Below are positions 26,160 to 38,600 of a stretch of DNA of 64,000 nucleotides, one piece after another (the first letter of the stretch is position 1; each line of letters starts with the position of its first letter). The notes under the pieces were generated by a model. It was given only the letters and a program-made list of their open reading frames with translations. It had not been told where the DNA came from and searched no databases. The translations under genes and the position numbers were made by a program. Where the stretch lies: NCBI RefSeq assembly GCF_026210795.1, contig NC_089434.1, positions 372,001 to 436,000 on the forward strand, written 5' to 3'. The stretch is from Rhizophagus irregularis (lineage: Eukaryota).

Positions 26160-28691
26160 TTTATTTTTATTTTATTTTTAAAATATCAACACGACTGGGA
26201 TCCAACATTACAAAAGAACAATTTTAAACTAAAAGTCTAATGAATTCTAAGCTAGTGATAAAACCCAACTTCTCGGGTGAAGCCCGAAGGAGTCGCCTTG
26301 CCCGTTCTTTACAAATGACAAACAGGTATAGCCTTATGTCGTGGAGAAAACAGGTAAAGAAAAAGAAGAACTAAAACAGTCTTACCAAAATCCCAAGAAA
26401 AATGAACAAGAAAAATTAATAAAACCCGTATTTTGCTTTCAGCCCTAAGGCTGCCACTTGTCAATACTGTCATAAGTGGAGTGGTTCACACTATTCTAAA
26501 TTGTTTGATATGTTTACAAACATGCATGATGACGTAGGGGTAAGTTAGACGCCAAAATGTAGAATGTAAAGTATAAAATAGAAAAAAATGAATTTAAGAC
26601 TCATTACATGAGTAATATATATATATAAAAAAAAGAAAAAACTAAATTAATTAGAATTAAGACTAGAAAATAGGGAGTCAGATAGGTAACTATTCGCTGG
26701 TCTTGGTCGTTTATGGTCATGTGATTGTGACGAAGCGGAAGGATAGGACACCGTATCCCTCTTGTTAGGTCGATATTCCACTGATTTAGTATCATCTGAG
26801 GTATGTGAAAGCGAACCAAAGAGATCTCTATGGTAAGCGGCTGACTGATAAGGTCTAGGAGCGTACGGTTTACTTATAAAATCATTGTAATCTTGATATT
26901 TATCCATCCATTTCTTCCACTTGTTACGCTGTTTCTTTTTGGAAGGCATTGGAGGTGGGGAAGGTTGTTTCATGTACATATGATAGTCTTCAGTCCAGAC
27001 CGTCAATTGTCGAGTCGACAATGCTCGACGATAATAATGTTTGAGTGTAGTACCCATTGCGTTAGCGGCGGATGAATCGTAATCTAGAGGGTTAGATTTA
27101 CGTATATTGACTGATGGAGGTAAATCGGTCGTTCAGGGTTGTATTGTAAAAAATAACTACTGTCCACTTTTGACGGATCTACGGGGTTATGACCGTAGTA
27201 AATAGGAGTTTGTCTAAGCGGTTCTAAAAAAGTACCAAGAGCCGCAATTTCTTCAGCATTCAAATAATGAGGAATTGTATTAGCACCAGAAGGCCTATAT
27301 GAGGTCGAAGCTTGTGATCGAGCTATAGGTGTAATACTGGAATTTTCCAGCGCGTGGTGAGGTATCTTGAATGTGTAATCATTGAGATCAGGTAATAATT
27401 TCTCCTTTGGAAAACGTTTGAATTTCAAATGATGGATAGGTGAATAGATATGTTGAGATTCATAGAACAGGAAGCGGTAACGTCTTCCTGCAGCAAGTTT
27501 ATCCTCTTTTATAGTGCGGGATGTAGGATTAATATTTTTAAAGACCCGCCTACAATGTCTCTTGAAGCGGGTTTCCTGTTTACGCTTTGTTGCAGGGTTG
27601 TTGCTAAGGTTAAGTTCGAAATCCGAAAGGTGTTTCCTATAAATGTAGGCACCTGAATGTTTGCGTATGAAATTACTACTGTTGGCTACAAGGCCAACTT
27701 TGTATCGAATACCTAAACGATTGGAAAACATATCATTTTTCCATCGATGTTGCCAAAGATCGTATACATGATCTGCGTGTGAAGATTTTGAATTTATAAA
27801 TCCTGGGTCCGAATCAGGCACAGGTTTCAAATGATGATTGATTTCTTTTCTCGAAAATTCAGATTGGTGAGTACCACAAGCATGTCTATTTAGAGACATG
27901 ATGAAAGGGCTCGGGCTATGACATCGGGTGGAAAGATTAAATAAACCAGGTGTATGAGCATGTTCACAAGGAATGTAAATACCAAAGTGGAAGCGATAAC
28001 GCTTATAAGAAAATGAGAAGAAAGTTTTTGTAATGGTGTTCTTCAAAGTTCTTTTAGAAGCACGTGACTTGATAAAGTCAATTCGTTCCAGTAATTTCCG
28101 GCGAATCAAATCAAAATACTTTTGTTGAATACGTCGGGGTAAAACTTTTTGTAAGGTAAAAAAGTGTGTGAGCATTTTACTAATTTGATATTTTGTGTTA
28201 GGCAAATAGCTCGTGGACGTGTACGAAATAGGCGTAGAATCCATGTGATAATCATTGGTGTGTAAATATAAATGAAGATTATTGGTGTCTGAGAAAGGAT
28301 CAGCAAGCTCAAAAAAGAAACTTTTTGAGCGTCTAAATTCGTAAATCTTGTTATAACCGGTTCGGCGTTTTGTCATCACGTGAAATTTTTTCACAGAGAC
28401 AAGGAAAGTATTTTCATGAGCGTTGGACATATTATTAAACGTATTTGAGGATAAAGGTAAAGGTAAAGGTAAAATAGTCAGTTCGTTATGAACAGACTGG
28501 AGTGGAACAGGCGTATCTTCTGTATCCATTTCTCTCACAGGACAAGGGTAATAAAAGGAGACCTTTCCGTAGAGGCCACCAAGTGGTCCTCGCTCCTTAG
28601 AAAAAACTATAAGTGTTTGTGAAAAAAAGGTGTATTACTGCGGCTTTTTAACAAAAAAAACGGAAAGGGGAGAGAGTTTTTTTTTTTTTCC
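26160..28691 (-). mobile_element. Non-LTR-type retroposed element with no recognisable RT
   Basis: 13-bp TSD AAAAAGTTTATAT (26147-26159 and 28692-28704); (TTTTA)n tail at left end; intronless ORFs. Confidence 0.8.
26647..28538 (-). CDS. Basic protein of unknown function carried by the retroposed element (484-aa and 136-aa ORFs, probably one frameshifted gene)
   Basis: ORF track; the frame of the second ORF is open back to 27132, overlapping the end of the first. Confidence 0.6.
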
Positions 28692-31351
28692 AAAAAGTTT
28701 ATATGTAAAATCGTGGCATCTGATTGTAATTAATTTATTTTGGCCACGTGATAAACTTACCCGCCAATAAAATTACGTATTTATCACATGATAAACTTTT
28801 TATATATAAACTTTTTTTTTATTGAAATTTGAAAAAGTGACCCGGCCGGATGAAGTGAACCAAAAAATCGAATTTGTGTGGCCTAAAACATTTTTTTGTA
28901 AGTTCTTATGTTTATGACTCTTTATAATCTGGAAATATTGCTTTTAGGTTATATTTTCACTAATTTTCTTGTTCTCCTTTTCTAGATTCCCACTTTAATT
29001 TATTATTTTCTTGCATAAATTAATTTTTTTAAAAAAATTTTATAGCATTGAATGATATTATTATTTTATCTTGTAATGAAACCGGGTGCATGTTATATAC
29101 AAAAAAAATTTTTTTTTTATAATACAAGTTTATATTGTGTGTCCACTATTATCATCGTCTTTTAATGAAATATTTTACTAATACGTTTCTATTTCTAATT
29201 TTTTTTTTCTCTTTAGAAAGCCAGGTCTTTATGCATAGAATTTTGATAGGGAATCTACAAGTACTTTTTTTTGTTTATTTTTTTTTAGCAAAACGCTTTA
29301 CTAACGTTTTGGTTTTTCTTTTTTTAGGCATCCAGGACATCAGACGCGTAGGGATTCGGTAAGAGAGGAATCATATTTTTTGATTTATCTTAACGAAATA
29401 TTTCTAACTTTGTTTTTTTTTCTTTTTTTAGGTGACCAGTTCCGATTTTAAAGTACCGGAATACCAGTAAATATTAAATCAAATCTTCAACTAACATGAT
29501 CTCCTTTTACCTCTGATGAAAAAAACTACTTTTAAAAAAAACTCACGAAGTTTCCTTAACTAACATTTCTTACTTTATTTTTGTCCTAAATTTGTGATAT
29601 TGGAGATGGATAAATTTCGTAATGTTCCGTTACAAAACTTTGATTTTATTAAAAACATTTTTAGATTTCAATTTCATCACGCTCATCATCATATTCTGAA
29701 TCAGCAAAATTACTTTCTACATCACTTGTATTTTTATTCTCTTCATCTGAAGTATCTTGGTAAGTAAATTGTTTAGCCTTTGTGAGTATAATTCAAATGA
29801 AGATTCGTTCTTATCTAAATCACTTAAATCCTTATAATTACTATCAAAACTGACGTCCCAAGCATGTTCTTCCAAATGATTGTTGCCATTAAATTTTCAT
29901 ATTCTCGGTAAAAATTTAGTTCTTATCTACAAATCTTTTTCCAAATCCTTACAATCATGCTTACCAATATTTGTTTAAATATTCGTATTTGCTAATATTT
30001 GCTGGGTTTATCATCAAACAAATATTTAATAAATTTAAATCTAGAAGTTTATTTTTTAAGTGTTAAGTAAGGAAAAAATATATAATTTTGCTAGTATTAG
30101 TTTGAAGTTTTAAATTTCTCACTATATTAAGTAAATTCTAAAGTTTCTTTTACTTTCGTTACCTTTAATAATAAAAAGTATATCAACTTCCAAGCAAGAT
30201 CCAAGTGAAGTAATAAATGATATACAAAATTTTTTTTATAAAATCATAGTAGCATATGGCTCTTGAATTTTTGTAAAATTTAGGCCTGCATTATTAATTA
30301 TTCATCAGCAATACAATTATTTTAATGACTATACTGCGCCACAATTTTTTTTTACTGACGTGACATTTCCTATGACTGATAAATAAAGTACTGATAGTAT
30401 AGGACTATAGGTAGCTACTGGAGGTGTTCTTAAAAATAAGAACAACCTTTAAATTACATATAAATAAACAGAACTTTCCTGTATCGCTTTGGGGAAAGTA
30501 ACTTGCAAATATGTGACTACTTATTATTTTATCACAAATCACGATAGCGATTATTTTGTCAATCATTTATAATTTTTTTAATATTTATGTAACGGGATGA
30601 AATAATGATTAATAATTAAATAAAAAAGATTCCAAATTAGGGTGGATGCAAATCACGTGATCACACCTATGATCGTGAACAATTTGGATGGTCGAGTCTT
30701 CATTATTCGGCACTTTTCAATCAGAATATTTTCTTTGTTTTGTGAACTTGACTCCAGTGGTTTGTAAGATGGCAGGAGAATACCTTCTGAACATTACCAT
30801 TTTTGTTTGTACGAATCCTACTGTATCCAGATATTCGAAACTAACGGCCACTAATTTTTGTTAAAAACTTTCATCAGGATTTCCAAAGAATAACTTACAA
30901 CAAAAAAGTAAACCCCATTTTTCATCTGGTGTGAGGTTTCTAACAGTATCGGACGCCTCTGCTATTTCCATTTATTTTTTCTTCATTTATTTTCCTTCTC
31001 TTTTCCTTTTATTTGCTCTGTTTTTGTTTATTTTTTTCTTCGTTCTTCCCTATTTAATGGTCTCTTTTTGTTCTTAAAACTCTTTATTATTGAAAGATTA
31101 CATAGTGTTTATTATAATAAGTCAACAATAATAAAAAAAAAATAAAAAAATAAATAAAATTTTTTGGGGGGAAAATTTGCATGATGATAAGCAAAAAGGA
31201 CCTCACTATTATCAGGAATATTAAAGTGGTCATATGAATTATTACTATGAAATGCTATTAAAAATAATAAAATCATTAAAGGAGGTTATACAGTAATTAT
31301 TAACAAATGCTCAATTTATACATAAACAAACGTTATATTAAATATCTATTA

Positions 31352-32276
31352 TTTTTTTTTTTTTAATTTAACTTTATTAATATTATAATAATTATATATA
31401 ACAATCTATTATAATAGACGTATACATCTGTTAATAAAGCATCTATCTAAAAATTTAAAACTATACTAAAATTACTAAAGTCAATCCAAAATACTAAAAT
31501 TAGAAGAATAATAAGAAGGTCTAAAAGTAACTAAACTGTTATATTTCCATAAATCTTCTACACCCAATTCATACCAAATATTTTTAGCTGCTACATCATT
31601 ATTAAGATAATGCCCCGTCCATCTTTGTAAAACGTCTGAAATAAAAATATTTTTCTTCTTCCCATCATGACCCAAACTAGGCAATGAAGATTTATATAGT
31701 TTACTTGCTTTTTTCATTTGCTTCGTAATACCCTGCCTTATTTCCCATTCAATAAATCTCTTGCATCGCTCGCTCCACATGAATTTTCTAGCCATATCAT
31801 GTATATCCTCTACGAAACTTGCTATATTATCTTTGAAAACTTTATCTTCTATTTCCAAGAACAACCTTTCATTAACAATTCCTTTGATTGCTTCATGAAA
31901 AATTCTGCCATTAAAAACTACTTTTGACTTTTCGTTCAAAATATATAATAAACTTGCATGAAAATTATAATTAATTCTAAAATCTATTTTGTCTAACTTG
32001 TTTTTTAAATTTTCAAAAACTGCATTAATTATTTGAATTATTGATGTCTCTGTTTGATCACATATCCAAATATGTGTCCATGTTTCAGTTGTATAATTAC
32101 AGCGTATACATCTCCCACTTTCATATAACTCTGGATTACGTTTATTCAATAAAGTAGCCACTGGTAAAATTTCCAAAAAAATTTTAACATTATAAGCATT
32201 ATCAAAGTTATTCTTATCTGTATTTTCATCATTAAAGGCTTTCATAATAATTTTAATTGAATGATGCCAAACCCAA
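31352..32276 (-). mobile_element. 5'-truncated non-LTR retrotransposon, C-terminal zinc-finger region
   Basis: ORF 31481-32245 with CIRC-x7-H-x3-C zinc motif; T-run at 31352-31364 (poly-A on the minus strand); possible CTATTA TSD. Confidence 0.7.
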
Positions 32277-32520
32277 CTATTACTTCATCTCTCAAAGACT
32301 AAATTGACTAATTTTTTATTGGTTAAATTTAAAATTTTTTCGCAAAGAATATTTTATTCTACTGTTAAATAATAAAATAATTTGTACATTAAAATTTTGT
32401 TTTGTTAAATACAATGTTAAAACTATTAAATTTTATACACTTAGTGATTTTAAAAAATTATTTTTTTTATTCTTATAAATTATTTTTTTACTGAGTATAT
32501 TTTATTTGACGAATTTATTC

Positions 32521-33068
32521 TTATCCCTTAAACTGTAGGGGCTAAAATTAATTTTAAAAATTTTTAAATTTTTAAAATATCTTGAGATCTAGTGATCATA
32601 TAAAGATGAAATTATATTTGTTAGATTCCTCTTATTAAGGCGCATTTAATGGTAATAAAATCATAACTCTAAAATTGATAAATAAAAAGTTATATTAATT
32701 TATAAATTTTTAGTTTTTATAAGTTATCCTGTCATATAATATTTGTAGAAGGACAATTTTATTTCTATCAGATTCTTCTCATTAAGACGCATCAAATGGT
32801 GGTAATTTTATATTTCTAGGGTTAATAGATAAAAAGATATTTTAATTTAAAAAATTTAGCTACTATTTGTTAAATTTGTCGATCATTTACTTTTAAAAAA
32901 TCATTAATCAAATTGGAACTTTTTGTTCGATTTTTACTTAGAAAACACTATAGAATTTATTATAAAATATTGGTTTATGTAATAAAATATTTTAAGGTAT
33001 TTAAAAATGTCTTTAATTAAAAAACAAAATTGCAGGCAAATTTGGTTGCAAAACAGTTTAAGGGATAA
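32521..33068. mobile_element. MITE
   Basis: 16-bp inverted ends TTATCCCTTAAACTGT; two internal copies of an AGATTC..TC..ATTAAG.CGCAT motif that also occurs in 42473-42959. Confidence 0.75.
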
Positions 33069-34441
33069 TATCTGAAATCAAATTATTTACAATTATTTAT
33101 TTTTAACAGGACTAGTTATAATGATATAAAAAGGGAAAATATCAATAACATTAAAAAGAAAATAGGGATAAAAAAAGGAAAATTACAATGATAAAAAAGG
33201 GGAAAATATGCCAATAAAAAAAGAAAAGCAATAACAAAGGAGAAGATATGACAATAATAATAGTAGAAAGGAAAAAATGATAAGGACAAAAAAGTAAGTA
33301 AAAAGTAAGTGAAAAAGTGATTAGACGAAAAGAAGTAAAAAATAATGATGGAAAACGAAAAGGAAGTGAAATAGATGATGAAGAACAAAAATAAAGTAAA
33401 AAGGAAGCGAAAAGAACAAGAAGGGGTACGAAAAGAGTGAAAAAAAGTAATCAGGACCGAAAATAATGGAACACGCCAACAATAAAAAAAAGAAAAAGAA
33501 AAAAAATTGGTTAGTGTCATTACAATAAATCGAAAAAACAAGAAAGATAGACCTATTTCAAATAAAAGCAGTAGACTTATTATCTAAAAAGAAAAATAAA
33601 GTTAGCAAAAAAGCACAAAATTATTAAAACAGTAAAATAACGAAAAATACTTAATTTGCTTCAAACAAACCATTTTTAAGTCGAAACGGCACTATGAAAA
33701 AAAAAGAAGACACGTTATTTAATAAACAAATAAACATTTATCAGATGATGATGTAATTGTAGCCAATCAAAAATATCAAATCTTCATAGAAAGATAAAAC
33801 ATTTTTATAAAAAGTTTCTTGAATGGTCACGTGCAATTTTGTTTGATTCTATGTGATTATAATATTATGTGTATAAAATAATCAAATAAATTATTTAAAC
33901 TACAAACTAAGAAAGCTGTATTAAAATCTAAATATTTTACCATCCGGAAATAAAAATTTTTATTATTAAAATTAAACAACGATAATAGCGAGATAGAGTT
34001 TGTAATTTAGCGACAAGTTCTGTAAAAGCAATTATATAGTTATATAGGTAAAATGACACTCTTTATTACGAATAAAGAATATGAATATACAATATACTGT
34101 ATGTTAGTGTACTTATTCAGGTTTGTACATTTTAGAGTAGAATTAAATTATTTTTTTTTTTTTACATTATAAGTTAATTTCATGTTCAAAAGATATAAGA
34201 AATTTCACTTCTATAATGAATAAATCAATTATATAGGCTAATTATATGCCTTTTTTATTTTATTAAAGTTAAATATTTCTATAATATAAGGAAATGAAAT
34301 TATTAAATTGGTACCACTATTCTTCACATTTTATTATATTAGAAATAAAAGAAATAAAAACAAAAAGAAAATTCACATTATGAAATTAATTAATTATCTA
34401 TACTTTTGTACATATACATACAGTATATATGAACTATATTT

Positions 34442-35665
34442 TTATGCAAAATCTTGAGGCATATTTGATGTTGCACTGCTACCGTCATTATTATGTTCTG
34501 AGTCCTCGTCTGAATCCTTTGGCAAAACGTTACCAGAGTCATCATTTGAAGCCGAATTTGATTCTTTCTTATCTGGATCATCTGGATCTGGCTCGTTAGC
34601 AGTTTTAGCTGGATCATCTGAATCTGGTTCGTTATATTCTTCAATTTTAGCTGGATCATCTGGATCTGGTTCGTTAGGTGTGACAGTTTTAGCTGGATCA
34701 TCTGGATCTGGTTCGTTAGCAGTTTTTGCTGGATCATCTGGATCTGGTTCGTTAGCAGTTTTTGCTGGATCATATGGATCTGGCTCGTTAGTTGTGGCAG
34801 TTTTAGCTGGATCATATGGATCTGGCTCGTTAGTTGTTGTAGTTTTAGCTGAATCATCTGAATATGGCTCGTTAGTTGTAGCAGTTTTAGCTGGATCATC
34901 TGGATCTGGTTCGTTGGGTGTGGCAGTTTTAGCTGGATCATCTGGATCTGGTTCGTTAGTTGTAGCAGTTTCAGTTGAATAATCTGAATATGGCTCGTTA
35001 GGTGTGGCAGTTTTAGCTGGATCATCTGGATCTGGCTCGTTAGTAGTTTTAGCTGGATCGTCTGGATCTGGTTCGTTAGTAGTTTTAGCTGGATCGTCTG
35101 GATCTGGCTCGTTAGTAGTTTTAGATGGATCATCTGGATCTGGTTCGTTAGTTGTAGCAGTTTCAGTTGAATAATCTGAATATGGCTCGTTAGTTGTGGC
35201 AGATTTAGCTGGTTCGTAAGGTGTAGCATTAGGGGTAGTTGTGCTAGGTAAATCTTGTGCCTGAAGTAAACCATTAATTTCTTTATTTTTTGGAGATTTT
35301 TCACAAAGTTCAGATGGTTGGCCTACTTCTGGGGTGTTTCGTTCTAATTGACGATATGTTATTGCAAGTTGAATAAGTTGTTTCTCTTTTTCTCCTCCGA
35401 GAGCATGACCTAGGTCAATTATTTCATCTGCTTTATCTTGTTGGTCACAAGCTGGTGCATCAGCAAAAAGTGCTTCTATTGCACTAACAGATAAATCAGC
35501 ACCCTCTGATTCTTTGTCAGTACCTTGAGTTAAATTCTTTATATCTTGAAAAATACTGACAGCTTGTGGGGAACCTTCATTTCCAAAACGTCTTTTGCTT
35601 ATAGGAGCCCCATGAGAAATTATAGCAAATGACAAAAAAACTGAGAGAACTGATGATAGCCTCAT
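34442..35665 (-). CDS. Secreted protein: signal peptide, KRR site, small Cys-containing domain, acidic Pro/Thr repeat tail
   Basis: 407-aa intronless ORF; hydrophobic N-terminus; roughly 15 NEPDPDDPAKT-type repeats. Confidence 0.9.
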   Translation of the reverse strand: MRLSSVLSVFLSFAIISHGAPISKRRFGNEGSPQAVSIFQDIKNLTQGTDKESEGADLSVSAIEALFADAPACDQQDKADEIIDLGHALGGEKEKQLIQLAITYRQLERNTPEVGQPSELCEKSPKNKEINGLLQAQDLPSTTTPNATPYEPAKSATTNEPYSDYSTETATTNEPDPDDPSKTTNEPDPDDPAKTTNEPDPDDPAKTTNEPDPDDPAKTATPNEPYSDYSTETATTNEPDPDDPAKTATPNEPDPDDPAKTATTNEPYSDDSAKTTTTNEPDPYDPAKTATTNEPDPYDPAKTANEPDPDDPAKTANEPDPDDPAKTVTPNEPDPDDPAKIEEYNEPDSDDPAKTANEPDPDDPDKKESNSASNDDSGNVLPKDSDEDSEHNNDGSSATSNMPQDFA

Positions 35666-38600
35666 TGGTAGTTTATCAAAAAAAGAATGTTTAAAACGAT
35701 ATTAAATGTTTATGATGGGAGATTTTAAAGTAGGGGAAAAATTTAGAGAGGGGGAAAAAAAGAGAAACTTAAGGGAGGAAATTTAGAGCACCAGCTCTAT
35801 TGTATATAAATTTTTTTTTTTTTTTTTTTGGATGAAACGATATGAAGGATGAGTGAGTGAATGATAAAATTTTGAGATTATTTATATCTTTTGAAAAAGA
35901 GTGATTTACAAAATTATCATTATTTCCATCTTTAGTATTTGAGATTAAGTTAGGATATTTTACAGTATCGTTTCTCAATTTTTTATTGTCAATCATTATA
36001 TGTCATCATCCAATAATAATGGGAGAATAAATTTAGGTAACCTTGAAAGAGCAATTAAAATAAATTTGATCGACGATAAATTACCCATTTGATTTCCGAA
36101 ATATTCGAGTTTAAACACATAATAAACTTTTTTAAATTTTCATACTATATTTCGTTTTTTCGGAATTGTAAATCTATAACCTTTATTAATATCATTCTCA
36201 ATAACTAAATTTTATATATAAAAGAATTTTCGTTTTATAATAATTTAAAATAAAAAAAAAAAGAAAAACTGATCTCCAAATTATTAGTATGATCGTCTTG
36301 CATTTTGTGTTACAATATGTTTATAAACCCTTTTAAATTAATTTGAAATATAATTCCGTTTATTAAATTAATTTCGGTTATTATGGAAAAAAAAAAAAAA
36401 AATTATTTTCCATATTTAAAGGATTTTCGGTGACTTATCCATAATTAACTATATCCCACATTTCGGATTTTCGGTGAATTACCCATAATTAAAAAATAAT
36501 GAGAGTAAATCCCGGTATCAATCTATAATCATAAGTTATATAATTTTTATTAATTAAATAACATTTTTTTTTTTATACGTATAATCATATGATACGACAA
36601 ATATGTAAGTAATAATACTGTATATTCATACGAGTAATAATTTTCCTTTAAAAAATTATTGGTTTATAATATATAAATTATTATATGTCCTATAATTAAT
36701 AATTCGACCAATTTTCTGCAAATAGTAAAAAAGAATTTAATTCCGAATGTTAACCTCGTACACTTATAAATAATAGTAATAAACATATCCATTACATGGA
36801 AACTTCTACTAAAAAAAGGTTTTTCATCCGAGTAGGGAAGATAATTAATTAAAATTCGATGATTAAATGATCAAAAGGATAACTTAAAAAGAAGGTTAGG
36901 ATCAAAATTGACTAAATAAAGTAACATTATAGCGAAAATAAAAAATTAACTAAATAATGGGTAACATTATAGCGTTAATCAAATATAATAAATTAAATGA
37001 ACTGATTTTGAACCGGGAACCGGGAACGATTTTTAGAAATACTTTTTTTTTTTTCGTATGTATTTCGTTTATATTTAATATTATAAAATAAATTTAGGTT
37101 ATAATAAATATTCTTTTTTTCATTGAACATCGTTTTATTATAATGAATATATAATTTTTTTTTTTTGTTTTTCAAATGTATCTCGTCATTATCAAAAAAT
37201 TTAAATTAAGGTTATATAATATAATAAATATGATTTATTCACGTTTCATTAAAAATTTAAATGAGCAGCGTAAGTTATAATAAGATTTTTTTTTTTAGAC
37301 AATTTTGATAATTTAAGATTAAATAAACAAATAAAATTAACAAAATAAAATTTTTTATATTCTCGTAATTAGAATGATAAAAAAAAAAGTTCTTTATTTT
37401 ATAATTAATAATTTTACCATATTTGAATAGTATAATACAGTTCTTCATTATGCTTAAAACAAAAATCGACTTGTTATGTCCACTTATAGGTAATTGATTA
37501 TACACCGATCCTGTTATGAATTTCCACGAAGTTATAAATGCCAGATATTCGGGATAAACCGATACCAAGACACGTTAAAAAAATGAAATATTAAATGGGT
37601 TAAACATTGAGATTTTCTTGAGAAAGAATTTATTTTTTTCAGAAATATATAATGAGGTTAGGTCGTTTTTACGAACTAACGTATAAATGTTAATATTTAC
37701 CATTATTCTTAGTGCCTAAACATACCTGGATGATAATTCCTCCCTCGTGAATGGACGGCACTTCATGTTTTTATAACGTAACATTCTTATAGAATATATT
37801 GTTAAACTTACTACTCTACACATTATCAAAGGATATTACGAAAAATTAAGAGGAAATTCGTCAATTATGTGTATAATAATTGGAAGGTCCAGAAAAGCGA
37901 AACTATTAATTATTATCGTTATATTCTGAATCCAATACTCTTAAATGTTCCATTCGAATTACAAATAACATTCCGTAGAAAGAAATTTACTACATTGTTA
38001 CGCAGCAAAGGGCGCCTGCACATTATTGATGAAATAGTCAAATTCTGAAACTGTTCGTCATTGTTTTTTTACATCATGCGCCTATTGAAAACGTGTGCGG
38101 AATGACCTTTAAAGATATTACATATTGCGAAAATATAACTTCCGGCACTTGAGATAGATCCGCGGATGTTAAAAAATATATAGGATTTTCATCCACATGA
38201 ATGTCGCCCATGATACAGAATAAATCCCGGTTACTGATCAACTTAATACGGTGCATTACTTCATTAGGAAAATTATTCGGCATATTAACCATAAGAAAAT
38301 AACAATATATTTATTCTTTTGTTAAAATAAAATACTAACATTGGATTATCCGCAGTTAACATAAATGGTTAATCGTATTTTTCGTATTTTGAATTTAAAA
38401 ATGGAATGTCCAGTGATGTCACAGGAACGCCCAAACCGACGTTAAGTAGTGGTCTTTGGAACACGCTAAACAATATTTTGAGAATATGAACGATTCATCT
38501 TAGAAACTAATCATTTGTTATCCTTCAAAAAACGCTTCGCTTAAAGGATCATCCATTGTCACTTCAACTATACTTGCATGATTAATCTTACGGTAAATAA

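Larger units (their letters stand above)
26062..28883. mobile_element. PIF/Harbinger-type MITE interrupted by a retroposed insertion
   Basis: ~29-bp TIR GGCCACACAAATTC(A/G)ATTTTTTGGTTCAC; TAA TSD at 26059-26061 and 28884-28886. Confidence 0.85.

Noticed and set aside
29660..30300. Possible decayed acidic coding sequence on the minus strand
   Set aside because: Too degraded to assign
33116..33541. 141-aa hydrophobic ORF
   Set aside because: Reverse complement of an A/G-rich low-complexity tract
34390..35304. Overlapping 304-aa ORF and antisense 100-aa ORF
   Set aside because: Shadow frames of the repeat tail of the 407-aa secreted protein
37700..38570. Possible decayed gene around ORF 38074-38292
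   Set aside because: Looks coding-like on the minus strand but has stops and no recognisable family
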